A stretch of DNA of 64,000 nucleotides from assembly GCA_918797485.1 (NCBI GenBank), contig CAKKNE010000002.1, positions 2,108,001-2,172,000 of the forward strand, written 5' to 3'. Positions 30,849 to 41,679 of the stretch are shown here, in pieces. The translations under genes and the position numbers were made by a program. The DNA is from Pelagomonas calceolata (taxonomy: Eukaryota). The first letter of the stretch is position 1; each line of letters opens with the position of its first letter. The notes below the pieces were generated by a model. The model was not told where the DNA came from. It searched no databases and was given only the letters and a program-made list of their open reading frames with translations.

Positions 30849-32028
30849 ATGGCCGCAGCCGTGATGCAAGTGGACGACCGCTCAAGCACGCCGACGCCAA
30901 GTATAGCAAGGTGCATCGCGACGCTCGAGGGCCACGAGGAGCGCGTCTGGCACTGCGCCTGGTCGCGCGACGGTAGACAATTAGCGAGCTGCGGGAGTGA
31001 TCGAACAGTCAGGTTGTGGCGGCGCACCGGCGATGCGTTCGTCACCAGCGCGACGCTCGACGACGCTCATGATAGAACGGTGCGGCGCGTCGCCTGGGCG
31101 CCCTGCGGCACGTTGTTAGCAGCCACATCCTTCGACGCGACGTGCTGCGTCTGGCGGCGGTCGCGCCAGGACGACGCGTGGGAGATCCTGGCCACGCTCG
31201 AGGGCCACGAGAACGAAGTCAAAGGTCCGTGACTCAGCGTCTTTTTGTCAACTCTTCTCAGCTTCAAGTTCCGCTGCGGAATCATCGCGTCGCCCTCCAC
31301 GCCATCGACGCGCCGTCTGCTCGATATCGCATCGATGGCGTCGAATCGCTGCGGCTCCGACCGCGTCCCGTGCAGGCTGCGCGTGGAACGCGTCCGCGTC
31401 GCTGCTCGCGACGTGCTCGCGGGACAAGAGCGTGTGGCTGTGGGAGTTTGTGGACGACGAGGCCTTCGAATTGTTGACTGTTTTACACGGGCACGAGGGC
31501 GACGTGAAAACCGTGGACTTCGACACGTGTTCCTCTTTGTCCGAAGATGATTTACTTGTCTCGTGTTCGTATGATGATACGTTGCGGGTCTGGGGTGATG
31601 ATGGGGACGACTGGAGTTGTAGGAGTACGCTCGAGGGTCATGCGTCGACCGTGTGGGATGCTTCGTTCTGTGCCACTTCCAACGGCGCGAGACGGATCGT
31701 GTCCTGCGGCGCGGACCTGAGTGTGCGGGTCTGGGCCGAGGCGGCGCCGGGCGATGCGTCGAAGTGGGTCCAGCTCTCGGTGTTCGAGAACGCGCATAAT
31801 CGCCCGGTCTACTCGTGCGCCGTCTCTGGAAATAGGGTCGCGTCCTGCGGCGCCGACGACGCGTTAATGCTGCTCTCGTTTGATGTTGAGAGTGGAGCGC
31901 TGGCGAAGCTTGGCAGGGTGGACGCCTGTCACGCGGGCGACGCGAACGCGGTGCGCTGGAACCCCGCTTGTGCGGACATGCTGGCGACGGCCGGGGATGA
32001 TGGGGTGGTGCGGGTGTGGCGGGTCTAG
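30849..32028 (+). CDS. CIAO1: Cytosolic Fe-S assembly WD40 protein CIA1; exons 30849-31224 and 31376-32028
   Basis: HDRTVRRVAW, ATSFDAT, LEGHENEVK/GCAWN...ATCSRDKSVWLWE and SCSYDDT; a 151-bp GT-AG intron restores the frame (1029 nt). Confidence 0.93.
31225..31375 (+). mobile_element. Intron, probable decayed introner
   Basis: GT..AG boundaries; contains the family core motif CCACGCCATCGACGCG and its inverse ATCGATGGCGT, but no recognisable TIR or TSD. Confidence 0.55.
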
Positions 32029-32516
32029 TTTCTAACGTGGTTTTTGTAGTCTTCTGTACTGGTGGTTTGGGGCTAGTGGGGGTCGTTGTTTTGAGCGCGG
32101 ACTTTCCCCGCTATCAGGTGCTTGGCGATGGATGGGAGGGGTGCTGACGATGGTTGGGCTGGTAGCGAGCCGAGACAGGCACACGCCATACGGCTAGCCC
32201 ATCGATCCAGCCTGCAAGACCATCGTCAAAATGGCACTGCCACCGGGTCGAAATACTTCGCAACGCTGCGCCTGGCCGCCCAACTGGCCGCGCGCATCCG
32301 CCTAGCCCAATCCAATTGCAATCCGATGCGCGCGTACCACGCTTGACTATATCCTCGCGCCCTCTGCTGCAAATTTCGCTGCGGCGGAGCGTCCGGTTTT
32401 CACCGCGCGGCCGCTGAGGATTGCTTACAAGCCCAGCGAACCTCTTCGCCGTGTGCTGAGCACAAATGCGCGGCCACTAGCATGCGTACGGCCTTGGGTC
32501 GGGGAACACCGGTGCG

Positions 32517-33704
32517 ATGGCAAGAGCCTGGCCGCTGCGCTCTGCGGCGGCGCGCCACCGCTGTGGTGAGCGGCAAGCCTTCTATTGCGGACCGCTCCGG
32601 GGCCTCGCGCTGGCAAGCCTCTGCACGACTTACGGTGACGTTCGACCGTTCGAAAACACACACACGTCACACCAGTATATCACGCCCCCCACAAAAAATC
32701 ACCATCAAATCCCCACCGCAGAAGCTCACCGTCGCTCTCGCCTGCCTCCCGGTCGCCGCGGCGTTCGTCGCGCCGGCGCCCGCCGGCGCCTCGGTCAAGG
32801 TCCAGGAGACCAAGGCCGACCTTGAGGCGCTCGCCGTCAAGCTCAACCCGGTCGTTGGCTTCTACGACCCGCTCGGCCTCGCCGACGCCGATTTCTGGGG
32901 AAGAGGCAACGAGTACACCATCGGCTGGCTGCGCCACGCCGAGATCAAGCACGGCCGCGTCGCGATGGCCGGCTTCGTCGGCTACTGTTTGCATCTGTGT
33001 GGAAATCAACCAGTGCGTCGGGTGCACCCGACAATTCTTCACTAAGTCATTTCTCGCTGCTGGCGTCGCGTCGATAGCGTGGAGGACGACACAATGATTC
33101 AACATTCAACATCAACCTTCCATAAAATTTTGATTTCCACAGGCCTCCACGCGAACGGCGTGCAGTTCCCCATCCACATCCCCGGCGACTACTCCACCAA
33201 GTCGCCCGCGGAGCTGTGGGACCAGGTCCCGGAGGCGGGCAAGTGGCAGATCGTCCTCTTCGTCGGCTTCCTCGAGTTCTTCTCTGAGTCCGGCGCGGGC
33301 GGCGCTCACTACACCAAGGGTGGCAAGCCGGGCGCGTTCCCGAGCTTCAACTCGCCGGAGGCCGGCGACCAGTTCAAGATCCCGCACCCGGTGCCGCTCG
33401 ACCTCTGGTACAGGTCCGTGCATAAATCAAACCGTCCACGCCATCGATGCGACACGGACCGCACCAGACTCACTTTTGATTTACGCGCAGGGACCCGGTC
33501 GGCTTCACGAAGAACGCCTCCCCCGAGAAGAAGGAGCGCGGCCGCCTCATCGAGATCAACAACGGCCGCCTCGCCATGCTCGGCCTCTTCGGCTTCCTCG
33601 CCGAGTCCAAGCTCCCGGGCTCCGTGCCCGCGCTCGGCGGCATCGCGCTGCCGTACGACGGCGACTACATGGCCCCGTTCGCCGCCGACTTCCACATCTT
33701 CTAA
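32517..33704 (+). CDS. Light-harvesting fucoxanthin-chlorophyll a/c protein; ATG-only first exon (32517 or 32231, uncertain), then exons 32722-32986, 33143-33407, 33491-33704
   Basis: [22 protein letters not shown] and [15 protein letters not shown] plastid motif. The three downstream exons total 744 nt in frame. Confidence 0.9.
32987..33150 (+). mobile_element. Introner 4: element 32995-33142, intron 32987-33142
   Basis: Left 60 bp differ from introner 3 at only 2 positions; right end TTGATTTCCACAG; TSD GTTTGCAT / GCCTCCAC. Confidence 0.92.
33408..33498 (+). mobile_element. Introner 5 (older): element ~33416-33490, intron 33408-33490
   Basis: Imperfect TIR CCGTGCATAAATCAA / TTGATTTACGCGCAG; core TCCACGCCATCGATGCG; splicing restores DLW/DPVGF. 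Confidence 0.8.
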
Positions 33705-33852
33705 GCGCCTGAAGGTGGACGGCCGCGGTGCGGGTCTGCTGGTGCCCCTTCGATACGCGATGGATGGGATGGCACAGCAGGAGCTTGAGCTTCGGCTACT
33801 TTTCTAAAACTCTTGTAAAAGGCTCACAAACTCCACACCGCTAGAAAACGCA

Positions 33853-33875
33853 GCTAGCGGCTGTAAGACACTAGC
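33853..33875 (+). promoter_or_regulatory. CTAG-bounded motif (1-bp deletion)
   Basis: GCTAGCGGCTGTAAGACACTAGC. Confidence 0.7.
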
Positions 33876-34119
33876 AAGCCAGCCCTCAGCAGCACTTAAG
33901 CGATGCCAGCGGCGCACTGATCGCGATACAATTCGAGAGCATACATCAAAGGCGGATACGCGCGATAGAGCTTCGCTGCGCCACCGCTACTCCTCTTACG
34001 CCAGCTGTGTGTGAGATCTCTACAGTGATCGAGCTGCACCGCGACGCCGTCAGCGCGTAATACATTGAGTGCTGGAGCGTATTGCTGCCGCTGCAAGACA
34101 CCGCAATCGGGGACAAAAA

Positions 34120-34890
34120 ATGGTCGTCCGCTCCTCCCTGCACCGCACGAAATACTCGCGCGGCCGACCCAACGCCAAGAAGCCCGACGTGCAGCGCGAG
34201 CTGCCACCGGAGCTGCGAACCCAGCAATTATTGACGTTCGATCAAGCCAACTACGACCTCCGCGGCCGCGTCTGCGAGTTACTATCAAAAGTGCCGAGCG
34301 TCGGCGCGACCGGCGACCGCCTCGAGGACTTTGCGATGGCGCCGGACGCCTGGGCCTCGAAGGACCTGCAATGTAAGCTCACGGAGGCGGTTCTTGGTGA
34401 TGACGCGTTCCTGGACGAGTACGACCGCTTCGTGCGGGAGGTCTGCGTCGTGCACGTCAAGAAAAGGCTGGCGGCCTGCGGCTTCTGCGAGCTCGAAGTG
34501 CCGCTGAAGTTTTATTACCAGCGGCCGCCGACGTTGCGCCTCCAGCCTGGGCCGTCCGAACGGCACGTCGCGCGGCACGACGACGCAAAGTACGGCCACC
34601 AGGCCGGCGAGGTGAACTTCTGGCTGCCGCTCACGTCGTTGGCGGAGACGCGGACGACGCTGTGGGTGGAAAGCGCGCCCGGCGCGGACGACTTTAAACC
34701 GCTCGAGGCGGACCTCGGCCGCTGCGGCGTCTTCCACGGCACTTACTGTCGCCACTACGTGCCGCCGAACGCCTCTTCCAAAACACGCGTCTCGCTCGAC
34801 TTCCGGATAGGCGTCGAGGGCTGCTTCGACCCGCGCTGGGTGCTGCGCGGCACGCTCGACGACCACCATCGGCGGGAGATAGTTCTCTAG
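34120..34890 (+). CDS. StrG-like Fe(II)/2-oxoglutarate oxygenase-fold protein
   Basis: YQRPPTLR, HDDAKYGH, EVNFWLPLT and CRHYVPPN..TRVSLDFR (HxD...H...RxS). Confidence 0.75.
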   Translation: MVVRSSLHRTKYSRGRPNAKKPDVQRELPPELRTQQLLTFDQANYDLRGRVCELLSKVPSVGATGDRLEDFAMAPDAWASKDLQCKLTEAVLGDDAFLDEYDRFVREVCVVHVKKRLAACGFCELEVPLKFYYQRPPTLRLQPGPSERHVARHDDAKYGHQAGEVNFWLPLTSLAETRTTLWVESAPGADDFKPLEADLGRCGVFHGTYCRHYVPPNASSKTRVSLDFRIGVEGCFDPRWVLRGTLDDHHRREIVL

Positions 34891-34939
34891 TTGACGCGTC
34901 GATGGCGTCTAACTGTATGTTGTACTAGTACAAGTGTCA

Positions 34940-36778
34940 TTAGAAGTTCAGGTCGTCATCCACAACGTAGTTCCCGTACGGGTCCTTGTCGCGCTGCTTG
35001 CGGCCCTTCTTCCCGTGCTTGTGGTTCGATCTATTGGAAACGTCCTTCTTCCGCCGCGGCGGCGACGCGACCGGTGCCACTGGAGGCGGCGGCGGCGCGT
35101 CGGAGATCGAAAAGCCCGCCGCGCCGAGCGACTGCAGCACGCGCGCGTGGTGGTGGCCCCCGCGCTCGGCGCGCTTGATCGCGTCGTCGACCTTGCTTCG
35201 CACCGAAGCGGAAGCCAACGCGGTAGCACGCGTGTCCGCCCGGAACGCTTCCAACTCGGCGCCCGTCACCAACGGCGGCGCGTGGCAGTAGAGCAGGTCG
35301 CCGTCGACGTACGCCTTCACAATCAGCCGCCCCGCTCTTCCTAAATCTAGAGCATTGGAGCCGCCACACGTATAATCGCGCGCCCGACACACCTCCTCGA
35401 GCGCCTCGTTCGCCGTCAATGGACCCTGATTCGATGATAAGTGGGTCCCGTACAGCGCGTCGAAGAGCGCCCGCGGCGTCCGCGCGGCGACTAATGAAGC
35501 AGGCGCCGTCGGGTCCCTCATTCTGGCAATTGGGACAACACCAGCACAAAGCAACTCGGCGGCGCCGTGCGTCACGAGTGCCGGAAACACCAACCCAGGA
35601 CAATCACATAATTCCAAACCTGGTCGCACCAATAACGTCTGCAGATGCTTGGTCTTCCCGGGCGTCGCCGACACCGCAGCTCTAGCCCCAACCCCATGCT
35701 TGTCCTTCGACGCGTTCCTCAAAACATTGACGCAGGAGCTCTTGCCGACATTTGGATAGCCCACCATACCGACACACAAAGGCCTTCCTTCACAATCGTC
35801 CGTCCTATTCAAACGGCACGTCCGCGCCAACTGCTCGGCCTGGTTGAGCAGGTCGTGGCGCGACGCGAGGCCGTCGGTATTTGATGGCGTTGTCGCATCG
35901 ACAGCGTCTGCCGGGCCCGTCGCGTCGCTGGCGTCTTCCGCCGCGGCCGTCGCGAGGCCACCGTCTTCCGCCGCGGCAGCCGCCGCGGCCGCCTTCGCCG
36001 CGTCGTCGAGCTCGGCCTGCTCGCGCCGCGCGGAAAAAAAGATCGTCTCGAGGCCGTGCTTATCGAGGAAATGCCGTCTCCAAACCTCCCGTTGCGACGG
36101 AGACAGGTAGTCGGCCTTGTTCACCACTACTTGGACACCTCTGTTGAGGGAGCGGGCGTAGTCCACCAAATCCGGAGGCGCGTACAGATCCGGCCACCGC
36201 GCGTCCACAATGAGTAACACACAGTCGCTCCTCTCTAACGTGCGCCAGAGCTGCCGCCACACTTCTAAATTGCGCTCGAAGGGCGTCGCCACGGACGCCG
36301 AGTTGGCCAGAGACTCCTGTTCTCGTCTAGATCGCTCCGCTTCCTCGGTGGCGGCGATGCCGCGCCGCCACTGGAGAAAGGCCTGCTCCTCCTTCTCCGT
36401 CAATTGGTCTTTGGACGTTTGCTCATCCCACGCGGGCCGCCGGGGCACCGGTAAGCTTCGAAACAGGGCGTCGCCTTGTGCGCGCAGGGGCTTCACGACC
36501 TCCTGCGCCTCGGGGTCCACGAAGACCGCGCGCGACTGCTCCAGGCCCCGCGCGGTCTCGTACGTCTCCGTCTCGCGCTTGGCCCGTTCCAGAAACGACT
36601 CGACGGAGTCGCCGGCCTCGAGGACCGTGGTCGTGTCCTTCTTGACGCGTTGTACAGTATTGCGCTTGGGCTGGACGGTGGCGTCGCGGCCGCTCGACTT
36701 GCCGCGCGCGACGATGAGCGCGCTTCGTTGGGCCTTGGGGCCCGGGCGGCCCTTGCGCGTGCGCTTGATGTCCGGCAT
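34940..36778 (-). CDS. LSG1: Large-subunit GTPase 1
   Basis: TPFERNLEVWRQLWR, NKAD, GMVGYPNVGKSS, SATPGKTKH and LCDCPGLVFP. Confidence 0.95.
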   Translation of the reverse strand: MPDIKRTRKGRPGPKAQRSALIVARGKSSGRDATVQPKRNTVQRVKKDTTTVLEAGDSVESFLERAKRETETYETARGLEQSRAVFVDPEAQEVVKPLRAQGDALFRSLPVPRRPAWDEQTSKDQLTEKEEQAFLQWRRGIAATEEAERSRREQESLANSASVATPFERNLEVWRQLWRTLERSDCVLLIVDARWPDLYAPPDLVDYARSLNRGVQVVVNKADYLSPSQREVWRRHFLDKHGLETIFFSARREQAELDDAAKAAAAAAAAEDGGLATAAAEDASDATGPADAVDATTPSNTDGLASRHDLLNQAEQLARTCRLNRTDDCEGRPLCVGMVGYPNVGKSSCVNVLRNASKDKHGVGARAAVSATPGKTKHLQTLLVRPGLELCDCPGLVFPALVTHGAAELLCAGVVPIARMRDPTAPASLVAARTPRALFDALYGTHLSSNQGPLTANEALEEVCRARDYTCGGSNALDLGRAGRLIVKAYVDGDLLYCHAPPLVTGAELEAFRADTRATALASASVRSKVDDAIKRAERGGHHHARVLQSLGAAGFSISDAPPPPPVAPVASPPRRKKDVSNRSNHKHGKKGRKQRDKDPYGNYVVDDDLNF

Positions 36779-37228
36779 TTGACTGGTCCTCGCTTACGCT
36801 CGCGTCGGCTGGCGTGCAGTGCTGCTGGGCAGTGTGCCGCTGTCTCGCGGCGACTGGCGTGCCCGCTGTGTCGCCGCGGGCGCCGTGTGCAGTGATGCTG
36901 TGCTGCACTGCAGCTAGTCGCTCGCGTTACGGGCGACGGGTCGTGGTTAGAAGCCCAGCAGAGTGCTTCTGGGATACAGCTGCGTAGCTGCACTCACGTA
37001 TCGCTTCGACGGCGTGCTGTGAGGCAAGAGCTCCTGCAAAAGCTCCAGAGTTTTTATCTCCAAAAATCAGCATAGGTGGTGCAACAAACGGCTCGTAAAA
37101 GGAGCTAGAAGTGGATACGGGTGGCGCAGCAGACGCTCCGTGACAGCTGCATCGGTCTTCGGCAGCTGCTGGTCGTGCGCGCGCTCGCAGACGAGCTGTG
37201 TAGCAAGCAGGCCTGCAGCACAAAAAAA

Positions 37229-39733
37229 ATGGCCGAGATCGCCCGCGACGCCATCCTCTACGGCGGCAAGGACGTCGCGAAAGCGCAAAAAGCCGCCGAA
37301 GACCTCCTCCAGAAGCTCGTCGCAAACGGGTGCGACGAGGCGAAAGCAGCCCCATTGTCGCGCAAGGCGGCCGCGTCACTGAACGAAGCGAGATCGGTCA
37401 TTGTCGTCCTTTGTGGAGAGGGCGACGGCGCGCAGGAGCCGAACTTCGATCGATTCTGGCGCTACCTGAAGAGGAGCGCGGATCGCGTCGACCAGCTGAC
37501 GACGGCGGTCTTAGACATTGGAGACGGCGCTTTAGGTGCGCTCGTATCCAAACGCTTCGAGGAGCTCGGGTCAACGCCCATTACTGATGTTGAAAAGGTC
37601 GTCGCGGCTCTGAAGCCGACGGCATCGTCGACAACAGAAATACAAGAGAGACTCTGCGTCCTCTACGCCTCGCAGACGGGCAACGCCGAGTGCATCGCCA
37701 AGGACGTTAAGGTCGAAATTGAGGCGCGGTCACCAACTTGTAGTGTCGTCGTGAAGCCGTTGGACGCGTGGCGCGAACGCGTCGACGGCACGGAGCTGAT
37801 AGGCAAGGGCGCAACCTGTATCATAATAGCCTCGACGACGGGCAACGGCGACGCGCCGGACAATGGGGAGCGCTTCTGGCGGTACGTTCGCAAAAGAGCA
37901 CAACCATCTGATTTACTGGAAGGAGTGCGCTACTGCGTGCTGGGTTTGGGGGATACGAACTACGACAAGTTCTGCCACGTCGGTAAGGTGCTAGATGGTA
38001 GGTTCGCCGAAGTGGGCGCGGACCGGTTCTATGAGCTGGGTTGCGCCGACGAGGCGATGGGCCTCGAGCACGCGGTCGACCCGTGGCTCAACGGGTTGTG
38101 GCCCGCGTTATGTGGTTTGGGGCTGATTGGGGATGGGAGTGTGCGAGAAAAGGTGGACCTGGGGGAGCCGGTGCCCGTGGCGTGCTGTTGCTCCACCGAC
38201 CACGCGGGTTTATTGTTACGCGGCTTCGACGTGGACAAATTCTTAAGGGAGAACCCGCGCGGCCTCGACGAGGCGCAGCTTCCCAAGGTGCGCGAGGCGT
38301 CTTCTGCAGAAGTGACTGCTGCAGAAGAGAACGGCCGCGCGGGCGCCTTCTCGGCCGTGAGGCCTTTCGAGGCGCCCGTGGTCGGGGCTTCAGTATTAGC
38401 GGACGCGAACGGGCGGCGCGTCGTCCACGTCGAACTAGATTTGACGGCGTCCGGGGCGCGCTACGAGCCGGGCGACTCCGTTGGTGTGAGGTGTCCCAAT
38501 GATCATGAGTCTCTGAAAGCGGCGGCCGCGGCTCTCGGTGTGAAGGAGGTGTCCTCATCAGAGCTCATTCACAACGCGGACTTGAGCGCCGCGCCGTCGC
38601 GGTCCGTATTACGCGCATTGGCGGGCTGGTGCTCCGATACGAAGGAGCGCGACCTTTGTTTAGCTCTCGCGGCGCGGCCCGCGGGCAAGCTCTTGTACGA
38701 CGCGTGCGTCGCGCGGCCGCGCCTGAAGGCGTATGAATTACTAGCGGCGCTGCCGTCCTGCAGGCCGCCCTCGGAAGCGGCGCTGGCCGGCGCTCTACCT
38801 AGACTCTCGGCGCGCTACTACTCCGTGGCGTCGTCGCCGTTAACACCGGACGGCGCCGCCCGGAAAGAAATAGTGAGCCTCTGCTTCTCCGTGGTGAAAT
38901 ACGAGGCCGGCGCCGGCACGAACGCCGCCCACTCATTAGAGGGAGCGGACCGCGTCTACGCACGTAAAGGATTGTGCACGACCTGGCTCGACGAATTGGT
39001 GAGGCCCGTCCTCGCCGGCAAGACCATCACGGACAGAGTGCCGTGCTTCCTCAAGCCGTCGGAGGCCTTCGCCCTGCCCGAGGACCCCGACGCGCCGATC
39101 CTCATGGTCGGGCCGGGGACGGGCGTCGCGCCCTTCGTGGGCTTCCTGGAGCACCGCGCGCGCAAGCGCCGCGCGACGGCTGTGAGCGCGCCGCCGCCGC
39201 CGCCATCGGCGTTGCCCGGCGCCCGGCCCGCGCTGCCGGGGGCGCGGCCCGCCTTACCGGGCGCGCGGCCCGCCTTACCCGGAGCGCGGCCGTCCTTACC
39301 CGGAGCGCGGCCCTCGGTGCAACGGGCGCCGCAAAAGCCAAAGACGACGACGACGACGCTCTACTTCGGCTGCCGCGCGCGGGACGTCGACTGGCTCTAT
39401 AGGGAACGCATGCAGGCGCACGCGTCCGCCGGCCTCGACCTGAGGCTCGCCTTTTCTAGAGAGGACCCTGATACAAAAGTGTACGTGCAGCACCTGGTCA
39501 AGGAGGACGCGCGCAAGGTCGCGCAGCTCCTGAGCGACGGCGTGGGGCGGGTCTACGTTTGTGGTGATGGCGCGAATATGGCGCGCGACGTCCACCACGC
39601 GCTCGCGCACTCGTTGGTGGCCGCGGGCAAGGCCGCGGACAAGGGCGCCGCGCTCGCGGCGCTCGAGGTGCTCAAGAAGGACGGGCGGCTGCTGCACGAC
39701 ATCTGGTCGCCCATCGACGAGTACGAGGACTAG
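37229..39733 (+). CDS. MTRR: Diflavin reductase, methionine synthase reductase-like
   Basis: LYASQTGNAE, STTGNGDAPDN, LGLGDTNYDKFC, RYYSVASS, MVGPGTGVAPF, YFGCR and HDIWS. Confidence 0.8.
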   Translation: MAEIARDAILYGGKDVAKAQKAAEDLLQKLVANGCDEAKAAPLSRKAAASLNEARSVIVVLCGEGDGAQEPNFDRFWRYLKRSADRVDQLTTAVLDIGDGALGALVSKRFEELGSTPITDVEKVVAALKPTASSTTEIQERLCVLYASQTGNAECIAKDVKVEIEARSPTCSVVVKPLDAWRERVDGTELIGKGATCIIIASTTGNGDAPDNGERFWRYVRKRAQPSDLLEGVRYCVLGLGDTNYDKFCHVGKVLDGRFAEVGADRFYELGCADEAMGLEHAVDPWLNGLWPALCGLGLIGDGSVREKVDLGEPVPVACCCSTDHAGLLLRGFDVDKFLRENPRGLDEAQLPKVREASSAEVTAAEENGRAGAFSAVRPFEAPVVGASVLADANGRRVVHVELDLTASGARYEPGDSVGVRCPNDHESLKAAAAALGVKEVSSSELIHNADLSAAPSRSVLRALAGWCSDTKERDLCLALAARPAGKLLYDACVARPRLKAYELLAALPSCRPPSEAALAGALPRLSARYYSVASSPLTPDGAARKEIVSLCFSVVKYEAGAGTNAAHSLEGADRVYARKGLCTTWLDELVRPVLAGKTITDRVPCFLKPSEAFALPEDPDAPILMVGPGTGVAPFVGFLEHRARKRRATAVSAPPPPPSALPGARPALPGARPALPGARPALPGARPSLPGARPSVQRAPQKPKTTTTTLYFGCRARDVDWLYRERMQAHASAGLDLRLAFSREDPDTKVYVQHLVKEDARKVAQLLSDGVGRVYVCGDGANMARDVHHALAHSLVAAGKAADKGAALAALEVLKKDGRLLHDIWSPIDEYED
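39209..39313 (+). repeat. 21-bp coding minisatellite x5 (ALPGARP)
   Basis: Five tandem GC(C/G)TT(A/G)CC(C/G)GGNGCGCGGCCC-like units. Confidence 0.95.
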
Positions 39734-39829
39734 TTGACGATATGTGTTTGAGTACGGTCCGCCGGCGCCGAGGTTTCTCGCCGCCGCCGGACGCTTCATG
39801 TTTTAATTGTAGTCAACAATATACTTAGA

Positions 39830-41449
39830 TCACTGCATAAATCCAGGCAACGGCACGCGGAACTCCTGACCAACCGCAACTCCAGCAGGCACGACGACCG
39901 AGTACCGCTGTCCGCGACCCCGCGGGTCGGGATCGGTGAACTCGACGTTCATGCCGGGGCGCGCGCCCGCGGGACACCGTAGATTGATGAACCGCTGTGG
40001 GGGCGGCGGCCGCCGCTGCCCAGCGAGCCGCGCCCGCGCGCCCGCGATCGCGGCCTGGAAGTCGAGCAGCGCGCGCGGCGCGCGCGGCGCCGGCGGCATC
40101 GGGACGTACTGCAACTGAGGAGGCGCGACGCCCCGGCGCCGCGCGTCGAGCTGCGCCGCCGCGTGCCGCCGCATAGTCTCAGCTTCTTGCTCGGGTCGGT
40201 GCGCCATCATCAGGTCGTGCGCCCGCTGGCCGCCGTGACACTTCGCCGGGTCGTGGGACTCGTGCGGCTGCAGACAAATAAAGCAAAAGCTTTTGCCGCA
40301 GCCGCCCGGCGGCGCGCATAACACGTGGTTACAGCCGCCGACCTTCGTGATGCCGTTGCCGCAGGCCGGGCACCGCTTCGTGTCGGAGCCGAGGGACTTG
40401 AGCACGTCCTCGCCCTCGTCCACGTCCTCGCACGGCTTGCCCGGGTGCGCGTGGGCGCCGCACTTGATGCAGTAGGACCGCTCGCAGGGCTTGCCCGGTA
40501 GCCCCGGGCACTGGACAATGCCGTCCTCGGGCTCGTCGCCCTTCAGCACGACGCCGCGCGCGCCGCAGACGCACTCCAGCCGCGCGGCCACATCACTACG
40601 CAGCGCCACCGCCGCGTCGCGTTCCGCCGCCCGCGCCTCGAGGTCCTCGAGCTCCCACGCCGACAGGCACCCCTTGACGTGGTCCGTGCCGACGAGCGCC
40701 TTGCAGCTCGGACACTTGACCTGGGAGGCGCCGGCGCCCTTCGTGCCCGTGACTGTCAGGTAGTTCCGGAAGCACGGCTTGCAGAACCAGTGGAGCTCGT
40801 CACCCTCGCACGGCACCGAGTCCGTCAGCGCGAACGTGTCGCAGCAGATGCCGCACTCGACGCCGTCGGCGCCGTCGACCGATTCGATCTTGCTGAAGGC
40901 CTCGGCAACCGCGTTGCGGCCCGCGTAGAGCGCCAGCCGGTTCCCCAGGAACAAGAGTTCGCCCTCGAGAAAGACAGGGTCGGCGAACATCCCGTTCACG
41001 ACGGATTGATCGACCGCGCCCCAGAACTCGTCGGCGCACGCCGCCAGCATGTCCCAGAGCGGCTCGTCCGGCCGGTCGCGCTTCCACCGCCACTGATCGA
41101 GGGCCCCGCGCGCGACGCAGCAGCGGAAAAGCTTCCGAACCAGCCGCGACTTCGCGTTCTCGCCGGCGGCGCGCCACTTGGCCTCCGCCGTCTCGAGCGG
41201 CGACTTCGGCGCGCCGACGCCGCCGCGGCGCATCGCCGGCGTCTTCTCGAGGCGCTCCGTCTCGCGCTGCTTCGCGGCGGCTGCCTCGTCCGTCGAGATG
41301 CCCGTCGTGGCCTTGCGCTCGCGCTTTTCCACGTGCGTGATCTCGACGTCGTCGTCCGAGTCCTCGTCGCGGGCTCGTTTTTTCTTTTGCCGCAGCGGCG
41401 GCGGCGGCGGCGCATCGTCCAGCTGCGTCAAATCTATCACTTCCGCCAT
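39830..41449 (-). CDS. RBR (RING-IBR-RING) E3 ubiquitin ligase
   Basis: CGICC...HWFCKPC...CPSC; IBR YCIKCGAHAHPGKPC; KRCPACGNGITKVGGCNHVLC. Confidence 0.92.
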   Translation of the reverse strand: MAEVIDLTQLDDAPPPPPLRQKKKRARDEDSDDDVEITHVEKRERKATTGISTDEAAAAKQRETERLEKTPAMRRGGVGAPKSPLETAEAKWRAAGENAKSRLVRKLFRCCVARGALDQWRWKRDRPDEPLWDMLAACADEFWGAVDQSVVNGMFADPVFLEGELLFLGNRLALYAGRNAVAEAFSKIESVDGADGVECGICCDTFALTDSVPCEGDELHWFCKPCFRNYLTVTGTKGAGASQVKCPSCKALVGTDHVKGCLSAWELEDLEARAAERDAAVALRSDVAARLECVCGARGVVLKGDEPEDGIVQCPGLPGKPCERSYCIKCGAHAHPGKPCEDVDEGEDVLKSLGSDTKRCPACGNGITKVGGCNHVLCAPPGGCGKSFCFICLQPHESHDPAKCHGGQRAHDLMMAHRPEQEAETMRRHAAAQLDARRRGVAPPQLQYVPMPPAPRAPRALLDFQAAIAGARARLAGQRRPPPPQRFINLRCPAGARPGMNVEFTDPDPRGRGQRYSVVVPAGVAVGQEFRVPLPGFMQ

Positions 41450-41679
41450 CGCTGCGCCGCGTCTTGTTAGCTGCAGAGTGGTCCACTGATTTGGGCTTCG
41501 CAGCGCGCGGCTTTTCGGCCCTCGCGTCAGCCGCTCAGCGAGAGGTCTCGGCGCGCGCGTCGGAGAGCACGCAGCGCTGCCGGATAAGCCAGCAATCTGG
41601 CCGGCAGATGCCGTGCAAAACTAGTATGTGTCTACACGCTAGCAAGCTCCTTTGCTCTGGAGCCCATACGGCGCACAAG

